Positions 32,538-42,073 of a stretch of DNA of 64,000 bases are shown here, piece after piece. Position 1 is the first letter of the stretch. Each line of letters begins with the position of its first letter. The notes below the pieces were generated by a model. The model did not search any database and was not told the DNA's origin. It saw only the letters and a program-made list of their open reading frames with translations. The stretch comes from Longimicrobiales bacterium (GTDB lineage Bacteria; Gemmatimonadota; Gemmatimonadetes; Longimicrobiales; Gaopeijiaceae): NCBI GenBank assembly GCA_965218295.1, contig CBDCKN010000017.1, forward strand, positions 32,001 to 96,000, read 5' to 3'. Both the position numbers and the translations under genes were made by a program.

Positions 32538-34027
32538 GCGGCCACGCCAACAGGGGAGGGCGCGCCTATGTGAAGCTTGCGCTCTTCGCTCTCGTCATCC
32601 TCAGCGGATTCCTGCTGGCCCGCTTCACCCCTCTTGGCGCCCTCCTCACCCAGGAAGGGATTGGCCGGGCCATCGGAGAGCTGCGGGGCTCGGTGTGGGC
32701 ACCCGTTCTCTTCATCTCGCTATACGCCGGGGCCACCGCCATGGCGATCCCCGGTACGATTTTGACGTTGGCGGGGGGCGCCCTTTTCGGGTTCTTCTGG
32801 GGGACGGTGTTAAACACCATCGCCGCGAACATCGGGGCCAGCATGGCCTTCTTCGTGGCGCGCTTCCTGGGTCGTGAGGGTGTGGAGAGACTCGGCGGGC
32901 GACGGCTCGAGAAGCTGGACGAGGCCACCAGGGAGCACGGGTTCCAGGGCCTCTTTCTGCTGCGCCTGGTTCCCCTGGTGCCCTTCAACGCCCTAAACTT
33001 CGGGTCCGGGCTCACCGCCCTTCGCTGGCGCACGTACGCCCTGGCCACCGTCATCGGAATCTTCCCCGGTACGGTCGTGTACACAATGTTTGCGGACGCC
33101 CTGCTCCAGGGCTCGCAGGAGGCCTCGCGCGAGGCCCTGATCCGAGTTCTGATATCGGGTGCTCTGTTGGTATTCCTCAGCTTCCTGCCGAAGATCATGA
33201 AACGACTCAACATCAAGATCCCGGGCCTCTCGCCACTCCTCCTCGCCCTGATCCTGATCCCGAACGGTCTGCCGGGCCAGAAGAGCGGCGCTCTACCGGA
33301 CCACTCCGCATTTGACATGGTCCTCGAGCACGCGGTGAAGAAGTCACTGGTCGACTACGCCGCACTCAAGGCCAACCGTCACGGCCTGGACGCCTATCTC
33401 CAGGCGATGGCCGAAACGGACCCAGAAGTCCTGGCCGCGGCCTCCCATTCGTCCCGCCTGGCTTTCTGGATCAACGCCTACAACGCCTGCATGCTCCGGC
33501 AGGTCGTCGATCACTATCCGATACAGAAGAACACACGCCTTCTGGACCGCGCCACGAACGCGATCCTGAGCCGGCCCGAGAACTCAGTGTGGCAGATCCC
33601 CGACGTGTTCAAGCGCGAGCACTGCACGATCGCCGGCGAGGTTCGCTCCCAGGACCAGATCGAGCACGAGATCATCCGGCCCATGGGCGACCCCAGGATT
33701 CACTTCGCCGTGAACTGTGCAGCCATGAGCTGCCCGCCGCTCCAGACCTGGGCGCATACGGCCGATGAGCTCGACGAGCAGCTCGACCGGATCGTACGCG
33801 CCTTTATGGGCAATCCGGTCAACTTCGAGCTCGAGACCGGAGAGCGTTCCGTGCTCCGGCTGAACAAGGTTCTCGACTGGTACGGCGACGACTTCGGGGG
33901 GACCGAAGGTCTCCGCGAGTTCTTCGCGTCCTACCTCGAAGGGGACGAAGGCGGCACCAGGCTCAGTCCCGACACCAGGATCGAGTTCTTCGAGTACGAT
34001 TGGACTCTGAACGACGTCCCTCGCTGA
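32534..34027 (+). CDS. TVP38/TMEM64 (DedA-like) + DUF547 fusion
   Basis: LRLVPLVPFNALNF (TVP38), then VDYAALK, LAFWINAYNA, DPRIHFAVNCAAMSCPPL, YDWTLN (DUF547). Start is GTG 32534 or ATG 32525. Confidence 0.88.
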   Translation: MSGHANRGGRAYVKLALFALVILSGFLLARFTPLGALLTQEGIGRAIGELRGSVWAPVLFISLYAGATAMAIPGTILTLAGGALFGFFWGTVLNTIAANIGASMAFFVARFLGREGVERLGGRRLEKLDEATREHGFQGLFLLRLVPLVPFNALNFGSGLTALRWRTYALATVIGIFPGTVVYTMFADALLQGSQEASREALIRVLISGALLVFLSFLPKIMKRLNIKIPGLSPLLLALILIPNGLPGQKSGALPDHSAFDMVLEHAVKKSLVDYAALKANRHGLDAYLQAMAETDPEVLAAASHSSRLAFWINAYNACMLRQVVDHYPIQKNTRLLDRATNAILSRPENSVWQIPDVFKREHCTIAGEVRSQDQIEHEIIRPMGDPRIHFAVNCAAMSCPPLQTWAHTADELDEQLDRIVRAFMGNPVNFELETGERSVLRLNKVLDWYGDDFGGTEGLREFFASYLEGDEGGTRLSPDTRIEFFEYDWTLNDVPR

Positions 34028-34037
34028 CGAGGCACCG

Positions 34038-35333
34038 GTGCGGAGCGCAGGACCCCCCTCTCCAGACTGCCTGGGAGTGGTGGTCCCCACCCTCAACGAG
34101 GCCGAGTACCTCCCTTCCCTCCTGGCCGACCTGTCGGAGATGACTATCCCGTCTATGGTGGTCGTAGCCGACGGTGGATCGACGGACGCCACCCGTGAGC
34201 TGGCACGGGCCGGCGGCGCCACGGTGATCGTGGCCAGAAGAGGAAGGGCGCATCAGATGAACGCCGGAGCCCGCGTCCTCCGGACCCCCTGGATCCTGTT
34301 CCTCCATGCCGACTCGCGGCTCCCCCCCGAGGCCCGGGATTGTCTGGCCCAGCGATTGGCCAACGACTCCGACACGAGGCCCGGGTACTTTCGCTTCTCC
34401 CTCGACGGGAGGGGCTGGTTCTGGCGATTCATCGAGCTCGGGCAGTCCCTGAGGGAACGCATCACTCGCCTGGCCTACGGTGATCAGGGCCTGCTGGTGC
34501 ACCGGATCGACCTGGAGGCCGTCGGGGGCTTTCCGCCGATCCCTATCATGGAGGATGTGGCGATCCTGCGTGCGCTCCGCGCCAGGGGAGCCGTGCAACG
34601 CCTTCCGGCCGCTCTTCCCACCAGCCCCCGCCGCTTCGAGGAGGAGGGTCGATGGCGCGCCTGGCTCCGCAACATCAGGGTGTTGAGCATGACCCTCGCA
34701 GGAGCGGCCCCCGAGAGGTTCACCCCTTTCTATCCCGCGCGGAGGGCCACGGCGCCCGCCAACCGGCTGGCCCTCGTCTTCGTTAAGGCCCCGAGACCTG
34801 GGAAGGTCAAGACGCGGCTGGCGGTAGGGATCGGCGCGCAGGCCGCCGCCGACCTGTACGCCACCATGGCTTCGGACGCCGTGGAGCGTCTCCGGTCTCC
34901 GGCGTACGATCTGCTGGTGTGCTACGACCCGCCCACCGCGGCCGAAGAGGTCCAGGCTTGGCTGGGGGACGACACCACACTCACGCCTCAGGCAGAGGGA
35001 GATCTGGGGCATCGCATGTGGTGTGCACTGCGTGACGGCCTGGAGGTGGCGAGCCAGGCGTGCGTCGTGGGAACCGACGTGCCCGACCTGGATGCCGGCC
35101 TGGTGGAAGAATCGTTCGACGCGCTGTCGCAGGCCGACGTAGTGATCGGGCCCGCCGCCGACGGAGGGTACTACCTCGTGGCTCTCCAGCGTCCCATCCC
35201 GGAGTTGTTCGATGACATCCCGTGGAGCACCCCCGAGGTGCTTGACCGCACCCTGGAGGCGGCCCGCGGCCTGGGACTCAGGGTGTGTACGCTGAAGACC
35301 CTGAGGGACGTGGACACGGCCGCCGACCTTTAG
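34038..35333 (+). CDS. Fused TIGR04283-like GT2 and TIGR04282-like (DUF2064) glycosyltransferases
   Basis: VPTLNE, DGGSTD, GRAHQMNAGA, LFLHADS, YGDQG, MEDV, then KAPRPGKVKTRL, GDLGHRM, GTDVP, GPAADGGYYL, DVDT. Confidence 0.9.
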   Translation: MRSAGPPSPDCLGVVVPTLNEAEYLPSLLADLSEMTIPSMVVVADGGSTDATRELARAGGATVIVARRGRAHQMNAGARVLRTPWILFLHADSRLPPEARDCLAQRLANDSDTRPGYFRFSLDGRGWFWRFIELGQSLRERITRLAYGDQGLLVHRIDLEAVGGFPPIPIMEDVAILRALRARGAVQRLPAALPTSPRRFEEEGRWRAWLRNIRVLSMTLAGAAPERFTPFYPARRATAPANRLALVFVKAPRPGKVKTRLAVGIGAQAAADLYATMASDAVERLRSPAYDLLVCYDPPTAAEEVQAWLGDDTTLTPQAEGDLGHRMWCALRDGLEVASQACVVGTDVPDLDAGLVEESFDALSQADVVIGPAADGGYYLVALQRPIPELFDDIPWSTPEVLDRTLEAARGLGLRVCTLKTLRDVDTAADL

Positions 35334-35355
35334 GGCCACCGCAGTTGCGGTTGCC

Positions 35356-36735
35356 TCAACCCGCGTAGGCTTGCCACACGCCGGGCCGCACGGGCACGTA
35401 GACGATCTCCCACGGCTCGCGCACGTTCCGCATCACGAAAAGGGGTACGCCCATGTACTCCGAGACCTGTCGGATGGCGTCGCAGCTGAGCCGCACCGGG
35501 CCCGGCGAAGGGTCGAAGTTACGCCCGTCGAAGAGGATCGACGCCTCTGCCTGGAACCAGGACCGGGCCTCGGCGTAGGTGCCGGCGAAGTCCACGGCGG
35601 GCCTCAGCTCCTCCAGTGGAACCCGCGAAGGACCCACCAGGGTTGCGCCGCCCTTGGTGATGAGCACGTCCACCGACTCGCCGGTCGCCAGACAGATCGT
35701 GGTGGGCGTGCCCGTGGGAAGCGGCGCTCTCACCACCACCGTATCCGGTGGCGGCGCAGGTAGGACGACGATCTCTCCCACGGGACGGTCACGAAGAGTG
35801 GCCTTGCAGAGGCGGGCACCGCAGAGGGCCACCGACATCTTCAGGCCGAATTTCGAGCTTCGGTAGACCGACGCATCCGTGGAGTAGTTCACGCCCAGGA
35901 CGTGCGCTCCGACGACCACGCCGTCCAGATCCAGCTGGCCTCCCAGATTCCAGTCGAACCCGTTGTACTCGCTCATGAGGGTGAAGATCTTGCTGTGGCC
36001 CACTTGGAGGTGCCACGCGGCACCGGCGAACCAGCCCTCGCTGTCCGAGAACTCGTGCCAGTCCAGGCCGTCTCCCTCTTTGAAGAGTCCGTTGCCCCAC
36101 CCGGCGCTCAACGTGAAGTCGTGCCTCGGGAGGAATCCCGAGGCGAATCCCGGAAGATCCGCACCAGCCACGGCGTAGAAGGAGAACTCGGTGCCGATGC
36201 TCGACGTGCCGATCCGGTCGCGCATTCGACGATCGGCCCTACCCAGGCGAGTCGGAGCGTACTCGACCCCGTCGCCGAAGTCGGGGCTGTTCAGGTAGCG
36301 ACCACCGACCGCCAGGCCCAGTCCGTGAACCTGGGGATTGAGGAGCGAAAGGCGTCCAAAGGCGCCCCAAAGGGCGCCACCTCCCTCCGTTCCCTCCAGA
36401 GATTGGACCGTGGCCCCCACCTCGAGAAGGTCGAACAGTCCTAGAGCAAGCGCCAGATCTCCGTTCCAGCCACCCTCGAAGGGCTCAGTGCCCGTGATCC
36501 CACCCTCTCCGTCGGTAGAGAAGTCGACGTCGTTGCTGGTCCAAAACCCTGAATAGGTGCCCGTGAGCGCCATATGGGGGAGGACGCTGGCCACCGGGAT
36601 GTCCAGCAATCCGGAGCCGTGCCGCAAGGTGCCGGAGATTTTCGTGGACTGTCCTGACGCCGCGAAGGCGATGGTCAGGACAAATACGATCGTGTGAAGC
36701 ACGACCGCGCGGGTCCTCTTGAGCGTGGTCTTCAT
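35356..36735 (-). CDS. Exported beta-rich (probable outer-membrane) hypothetical protein with Pro-rich linker
   Basis: Signal peptide, GLLDIPVASVLP start reminiscent of YjbH-type barrels, APPPDT linker, separate C-terminal domain. Confidence 0.65.
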   Translation of the reverse strand: MKTTLKRTRAVVLHTIVFVLTIAFAASGQSTKISGTLRHGSGLLDIPVASVLPHMALTGTYSGFWTSNDVDFSTDGEGGITGTEPFEGGWNGDLALALGLFDLLEVGATVQSLEGTEGGGALWGAFGRLSLLNPQVHGLGLAVGGRYLNSPDFGDGVEYAPTRLGRADRRMRDRIGTSSIGTEFSFYAVAGADLPGFASGFLPRHDFTLSAGWGNGLFKEGDGLDWHEFSDSEGWFAGAAWHLQVGHSKIFTLMSEYNGFDWNLGGQLDLDGVVVGAHVLGVNYSTDASVYRSSKFGLKMSVALCGARLCKATLRDRPVGEIVVLPAPPPDTVVVRAPLPTGTPTTICLATGESVDVLITKGGATLVGPSRVPLEELRPAVDFAGTYAEARSWFQAEASILFDGRNFDPSPGPVRLSCDAIRQVSEYMGVPLFVMRNVREPWEIVYVPVRPGVWQAYAG

Positions 36736-36810
36736 GACGGCGGCCTCCCTTCTTTCGTCCAGCCTCCCGACTCGTTATAGGGCGTCCGAACGAGCCCCAC
36801 CCTACTCACC

Positions 36811-37092
36811 TTGCCAGATGTGTGCCAGAACTCCGTCTCCGGCGCGCCGCACCCGCTGAGTGGGAGCCCTCGAGATCATGTCCCCGAGGAGACGGTCCTC
36901 GCGGACCGCCTGCACGACGTCGTGTTTAACCTCATCAAAGTCGATCACGGTTGGTGGGGTGCCCAATTCATGGAACAGTACGTTCTGGGACGAGTGAGCT
37001 GGAAATCCCTGATCCGCTACGTCATCCCGCCGGTTCTTGCCTTTCTGGCCTGGGTGGCATTCCGCGACATGGTGATTACCCTCGCGGGGTGA
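36811..37092 (+). other. Short ORF or gene remnant with C-terminal TM segment
   Basis: Weak TTG start; ends WKSLIRYVIPPVLAFLAWVAF; abuts a repeat remnant. Confidence 0.3.
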
Positions 37093-37170
37093 GGTCTGTC
37101 AGCCACGTAGAACACAGCATTACGGAGCGGAGCGAAGACCGCTCAAGACGGCCGCGGCGGACTCCTCATG

Positions 37171-37210
37171 GGTGTTCCGTTGCCGAGACACTCTGGAAAC
37201 GGGACACTAT
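37171..37210. repeat. Internally deleted family A element
   Basis: GTGTTCCGTTGCCGA is identical to 59801-59815 and is joined directly to the right end GACACT...GGGACACTA. Confidence 0.75.
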
Positions 37211-37449
37211 CCCTTGCCGAGTCGCTCCTCAACACGACGGAGGCGATGGGCCATGGCTATGAGCCAGCCGAAGACGAGGACCCACGCAATGGCGTAAGCG
37301 ATGAAGACGTGCCAGTACGGCCGGCCCAGGGTCTGTCGGCCCAGGGCGCCGGCCTCCTGGGCCAGAAGCGTCAGTGGGCTCGCATACACCGCCAGAAGCA
37401 GCATCCCGACCACGGTGACGAGCCGGGTGTATCGCTTGAGGTCGTTCAT
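37207..37449 (-). CDS. ccmD: CcmD-like small membrane protein with N-terminal extension
   Basis: MNDLKRY...YWHVFIAYAIAWVLVFGWLIAMAHRLRRVEERL; ATGA-coupled to ccmC. Confidence 0.7.
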   Translation of the reverse strand: MNDLKRYTRLVTVVGMLLLAVYASPLTLLAQEAGALGRQTLGRPYWHVFIAYAIAWVLVFGWLIAMAHRLRRVEERLGKG

Positions 37450-38159
37450 GAGACTTCCGCTCCGTGGGCAAGCGCCGGGGTCACCTCTCGTAGGGCCAGC
37501 TCGCGCTCCAAGCGCTCCACTGCATAACGCGCCAGGAAAAGTGAGAAGAAGAGGAGGGTGAAGGCCAGGAGGCCGACCATGAGCGTTAAAAGCATGGCGG
37601 AGTCGAGGTTCGGACCGTCGGGCCTCAAGACGACGGCCTCGGGATGGAGCGAACGCAGCCAGCTCACGCTGATGTGGATGAAGGGGATGTCCAGTACGCC
37701 GATGATGCCGACCACGGCCGCCAGACGCTTCCCCTGCTCCGGGTTGGGTGTGCTCTTCCGCACCAGAAAGTACCCGAGATAGATGAACCACAGCAGGAGC
37801 GCCAGCGTAAGTCTGGGCTCCCAGGTCCACCAGGCGCCCCAGGCGACCCTGCCCCAGAGAGGACCGGTCAGAAGGCCAATGGTGGCGAACAGCATCCCTC
37901 CCTCGGCCGCGGCCACGGCGGCCATGTCCAGCCGCTCGTCTCCGAGCCATAAGTACACGGCGCTACATAGGGCGACCATCCCGAACGCAAGAAAGGTGAT
38001 CCACCACGCAGGCACGTGGACGTAGAAGATCCGCTGGATGATGCCCATGCTTGACTCGGTGGGCACCCAGAAAAACACCATCCAGTGCAAGACCACCACC
38101 GCCGCGATCCCGAGGGTGCCGAGACCGACGACTCCCCACCGGACTCGTTTGAGGTTCAT
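37446..38159 (-). CDS. ccmC: Heme exporter CcmC
   Basis: RIFYVHVP, WGRVAWGAWWTWEPRL, LHP. Confidence 0.95.
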   Translation of the reverse strand: MNLKRVRWGVVGLGTLGIAAVVVLHWMVFFWVPTESSMGIIQRIFYVHVPAWWITFLAFGMVALCSAVYLWLGDERLDMAAVAAAEGGMLFATIGLLTGPLWGRVAWGAWWTWEPRLTLALLLWFIYLGYFLVRKSTPNPEQGKRLAAVVGIIGVLDIPFIHISVSWLRSLHPEAVVLRPDGPNLDSAMLLTLMVGLLAFTLLFFSLFLARYAVERLERELALREVTPALAHGAEVS

Positions 38160-38169
38160 TGGGCCCCCC

Positions 38170-38850
38170 TCATTCTTCGATCACGAAACGAAACAACCAT
38201 GCTCCCGCGATCAAGAACACGAGAGAGAACGCAGCCAACATCCGTATGTTTCCGCTCACCTCGGCGATGGGCCGCCCCGCGAACAAGCGACCCGTGGCCG
38301 TCGTCCCGTAGATGACCACCGGCACAACCAGAGGAAAGACGAGAACGGGAAGCAAGCTCTCTCCCATGGTGCTCCTCGTCGCCATGGCGCTGAAGAGTGT
38401 GGTGAGCGCCACGAAGCCCAAAACCCCCAAGCCGACAACCCCGGCCAGGACCATGGGGTTCCCGGTGAACGTCAGGTTGAAGAAGGCGCCGAAGACGATG
38501 AACACGAGCCCGACGATGATCGCGAGCAGGATGAAGTTCGCCAGGACCTTGCCCAGATAGAGAGCGTCCAGCGGAATGGGGCTCTGGAGGAGCCCCGCCA
38601 GGGCACCGTCTTCCTCCTCCAGCTGGAAGGTCCGCCCCAGGCCTAACATTCCCCCGAAGAGGATGGTCATCCATATCAGTCCGGCCGCGATGGCTTGAGG
38701 CCGGACCTGAGACGTATCGATGGCATAGTTGAAGAGGACGCCTACGAGCACGGCGAAAGCGCCCATGGCCGCCAGCCGCTCGTGGGTCCGCATCTCGATC
38801 ATCACGTCCTTGCGGGCGATGGTCCAGACGATGCGAAGGTAGTCAATCAT
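38170..38850 (-). CDS. ccmB: Heme exporter CcmB
   Basis: EEEDGAL, LYLGKV, LLPVLVFPLVVP. Confidence 0.93.
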   Translation of the reverse strand: MIDYLRIVWTIARKDVMIEMRTHERLAAMGAFAVLVGVLFNYAIDTSQVRPQAIAAGLIWMTILFGGMLGLGRTFQLEEEDGALAGLLQSPIPLDALYLGKVLANFILLAIIVGLVFIVFGAFFNLTFTGNPMVLAGVVGLGVLGFVALTTLFSAMATRSTMGESLLPVLVFPLVVPVVIYGTTATGRLFAGRPIAEVSGNIRMLAAFSLVFLIAGAWLFRFVIEE

Positions 38851-39578
38851 TCCGCAGCCTCGACGGTGGCCCGATAGAACCCTTCGAAGCCGTCGGCGTC
38901 CCAGCTGCCCCGATCCTCGACCGCCACAAACCGGCCGCGGAACTGGATGGCCACCCGGTCCGCGATCTCGAGACCCTGTCCGAGATTGTGGGTGACCAGG
39001 ACGACGGTGCGTCGTCCATCCTTCAGCGAGGCGAGCTGATCACGTAGGACCGCAGCAGCGTGGGCGTCGAGTCCCGTGTACGGCTCGTCCAGGAGGACGA
39101 CCTCCGGGTCGTGCAGGAGCGCCCGCACCAACGCGACTCGCTGCTTGAAGCCCCGGGAGAGATCTCGAACAGGCGTCGACGCGCACTCGGTCAGCCCGGC
39201 CCGGGCGAGTCGCTCCGGAATACGGTCGTGAAGGTCCTTCAGGCCGAAGAGGCGTCCGAAGAAGCGTAGGTTCTCCTCGGTCGAGAGCCGACCGTAGAGC
39301 AGGCTCTGATGAGAAACCACGCCCACCCGGCTACGCCACTCGCGCTCGCCGATGTCTGCGGGCTCACCCGCCACCCGCACGCGACCTCCCGTCGGCCTCA
39401 GCGTACCGGCTAGCATGCGGAGCAGGGTGGTTTTTCCGGCTCCATTGGGGCCGAAGACCGAAAGAAGCTCACCGGGGGCGAGCCGGAAGCTGACTCCGTC
39501 GACGGCCCGAAGGCCCCCGAAGGTGCGGACGAGTCCCTCGGCCTCCAGGCCGAAGCTCGAGGCACCTAGTGTTCCCAC
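38847..39578 (-). CDS. ccmA: Heme ABC exporter ATPase CcmA
   Basis: GPNGAGKTT, LSRG, LLDEP; located in the ccm operon; probable GTG start at 39578. Confidence 0.9.
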   Translation of the reverse strand: MGTLGASSFGLEAEGLVRTFGGLRAVDGVSFRLAPGELLSVFGPNGAGKTTLLRMLAGTLRPTGGRVRVAGEPADIGEREWRSRVGVVSHQSLLYGRLSTEENLRFFGRLFGLKDLHDRIPERLARAGLTECASTPVRDLSRGFKQRVALVRALLHDPEVVLLDEPYTGLDAHAAAVLRDQLASLKDGRRTVVLVTHNLGQGLEIADRVAIQFRGRFVAVEDRGSWDADGFEGFYRATVEAAE

Positions 39579-39579
39579 A

Positions 39580-40023
39580 CTAGCCCGCGGTGGGGGTCTT
39601 GGGAGCCGCGGCCGCCAGGGGGCGACCACAACCGGCACAGAACCGGCTCCCTTCCACGTTCACGTGTCCGCACTCAGGGCACGTGCGCCCCTCGGCGAGA
39701 CCGCGGCGTGCTCGGGAGATCTCCTCCTCCAGCGCGTCCGCCTCGGAAAGAGCCGGATCGGCCTTCCCCTCCTCCATGGCCGCCAGGGCCTCTCGGGACA
39801 TTTCCGCCTTGAGCGCCCGGTAGTCGTCTTCATCGAGCTTCCCCGACCGGTAGTCGTACTCCGCGTCACGGAGGCCCTTCAGGGCGACGCGCTTTCTGGC
39901 TTCGATCTCGGTGGGCTCCTCGTACGACCGTTGGAGCGACGCCCACTCGCCTCGCAGGATGGGGATCAGCAGGAAAAGGATGACGCCGACGGTGAGCAGC
40001 GTCGCTCCGACGATGAGACCCAC
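39580..40023 (-). CDS. CcmI-like N-terminus plus zinc-ribbon protein
   Basis: N-terminal TM, LRDAEYDYRSGKLDEDDY, CPECG...FCAGCG. Confidence 0.75.
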   Translation of the reverse strand: MGLIVGATLLTVGVILFLLIPILRGEWASLQRSYEEPTEIEARKRVALKGLRDAEYDYRSGKLDEDDYRALKAEMSREALAAMEEGKADPALSEADALEEEISRARRGLAEGRTCPECGHVNVEGSRFCAGCGRPLAAAAPKTPTAG

Positions 40024-40024
40024 A

Positions 40025-42073
40025 CTACGCCCCGACTGGGACAGCCGGCGCTCGCTTCTCCGAAGAGCGCCGCGGCGCAGGACTCACGGAGCCTCTGGAG
40101 GGCCACATGGCGATGAGGCTGCCCAGGGTGAGGATCAGTCCTCCATACCAGATCCAACCCACCAGGATGTTGACCTGCACTTCGAACGTCGCCCTCTGGG
40201 CCGCGGCGTCGTTCTCGAACGCCCCACCCAGATCCTCCACCCGCTCAAGGATCACGTAGAGATCCTCGAGGAAGGTCGACCGGATGCCCACCTCGGTCAC
40301 CGGAGCTTGCCAGGTGACGTAGAGGCGCTTTTCCGTCGTGAGGGATCCCACGGGCACACCGTTCTTCTCGACCGTCATGAGTGCCACGGCCTGGCGGAGC
40401 ATGTTCTGGCCCCGAGGCGACGAGAGTCCTTGATAGGTCAGCGTGTACTCGTGACCGAAGGCGGACTCGATGGTCACCGACTCACCGGGATCGAGTGTCT
40501 GCGTGACCTCCCGGTCGAAGGCCGCGCCGGCGAAGGCCGTGAAGATCAACACCACTCCCACATGCACGATATACCCACCCCAGCGGCGCCGATTCCGGAG
40601 GACCAGATGGACGAAGGCCGGTAGCAGGCCCTCCCCCTCGATGTAGGCCCGGGCCCGCGTGCCCTTCACGAACTCCACGACGATGATCGTCAACACGAAG
40701 GCAGACACGCCGAAGGTGACGAGGGCCATCCACTGCCTCGCACCCCGCAGGTAGAAGCCGGCGACCACCACGATTCCGACCACCACGGGCCAGACGAAGT
40801 TCTTCGTGAGGTTGCGGCGCGATGCCTTCCGCCAGGCGATGACCGGGCCGATGCCCATCAGGGCCAGCAGCGCTATCCCTATGGGCAGGTTCACACGGTT
40901 GAAGAACGGCGGACCCACGGTGATCGCCTGTCCCGTCAGGCCCTCGGAGATCAGGGGAAGGAGGGTGCCCCACATGATGGCGAAGGCGATCCCGAGGAAT
41001 ACCAGGTTGTTGAAGAGAAACGCCGCTTCCCGGGAGAGGAACGACTGGATCTGGTTTTCGCTCTTCAGGTCCGGATAACGCCACGCGATCAACAGGACAC
41101 AGACCCCGGTCACCACCCCGAGGAAGATCAGGAAGATGAAGGCGATGGTTGTGTTCTCGGCGAACGTGTGCACCGACTCGATGAGCCCCGAGCGGGTCAG
41201 GAACGTAGCGAAGATCGTGAGGAGGAACGTGAGGCTCACGAGGCCCATGTTCCACACCTTCAGCATCCCTCGATTTTCTTGAATCTGTATGGAGTGTAGG
41301 AAGGCGGTGGCGGTGAGCAATGGAAGCAGTGACGCGTTCTCCACCGGGTCCCAGAACCAGAATCCTCCCCACCCCAGCTCCTCGTATGCCCAGCGCATGC
41401 CGAAGATGACGCCGTTCGCGAGGAAGAACCACGACAGCAGGATCCAACGCCGTGTGATGACGATCCACCGGGTGTCGAGCTTGCCATTCAGAAGTGCGGC
41501 GATGGCGAACGCGAACGGCACTGTGAACGCCGTGAATCCCAGGTAGAGAGTGGGTGGATGGATGGTCATCCAATAGTTCTGCAGCTGGGGATTCAGCCCC
41601 CGTCCGTCCGCAGGTGTGAACGCCAGCCGCTCGAACGGATTCACGTCGGCGAACAACAGGACCACCAGGAAGAAGCTCGATACGGAGAGGAGGACCCCCA
41701 CCACGTACGGCATGAACTCCCGGTTCTTGTGGCGGTTCGTGAGGACGGCGATGGAGGAGAAGAGCGAGAGGAGAACGGCCCAGAATACCAGTGATCCCCT
41801 CTGACCCGCCCACAGTCCCGACACCTTGAAGAAGGTGTCGAGCTCGCGGTTGGAGTAGTTGGCAACGTACCAGTACTCGAAGCTGTCGCTCAGGAACGCG
41901 GTAATGATCCCGGCCGAGACCAGCACCAGGAGGAAGAAGACCCCGTAGACGCTACGCTCTGCGATGAGGATCAGGTCGCCGCGCTGTTTTCGCCCGCCTA
42001 CGAACCCGAGGACCGCTCCCCAGATTGCGACCGGAAGGGCGAACCAGAGAGCGAGCTCCCCGAGGATCGTCAC
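40025..42073 (-). CDS. ccmF: Cytochrome c heme lyase CcmF
   Basis: GLNPQLQ, IHPPTLY, WAYEELGWGGFWFWDPVENAS, TRSG..SVH. Confidence 0.97.
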   Translation of the reverse strand: MTILGELALWFALPVAIWGAVLGFVGGRKQRGDLILIAERSVYGVFFLLVLVSAGIITAFLSDSFEYWYVANYSNRELDTFFKVSGLWAGQRGSLVFWAVLLSLFSSIAVLTNRHKNREFMPYVVGVLLSVSSFFLVVLLFADVNPFERLAFTPADGRGLNPQLQNYWMTIHPPTLYLGFTAFTVPFAFAIAALLNGKLDTRWIVITRRWILLSWFFLANGVIFGMRWAYEELGWGGFWFWDPVENASLLPLLTATAFLHSIQIQENRGMLKVWNMGLVSLTFLLTIFATFLTRSGLIESVHTFAENTTIAFIFLIFLGVVTGVCVLLIAWRYPDLKSENQIQSFLSREAAFLFNNLVFLGIAFAIMWGTLLPLISEGLTGQAITVGPPFFNRVNLPIGIALLALMGIGPVIAWRKASRRNLTKNFVWPVVVGIVVVAGFYLRGARQWMALVTFGVSAFVLTIIVVEFVKGTRARAYIEGEGLLPAFVHLVLRNRRRWGGYIVHVGVVLIFTAFAGAAFDREVTQTLDPGESVTIESAFGHEYTLTYQGLSSPRGQNMLRQAVALMTVEKNGVPVGSLTTEKRLYVTWQAPVTEVGIRSTFLEDLYVILERVEDLGGAFENDAAAQRATFEVQVNILVGWIWYGGLILTLGSLIAMWPSRGSVSPAPRRSSEKRAPAVPVGA

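Noticed and set aside
34025..34040. Possible selenocysteine read-through of the TGA after DUF547
   Set aside because: The domain is complete at YDWTLND, the next gene is in another frame, and no SECIS-like hairpin was recognised.
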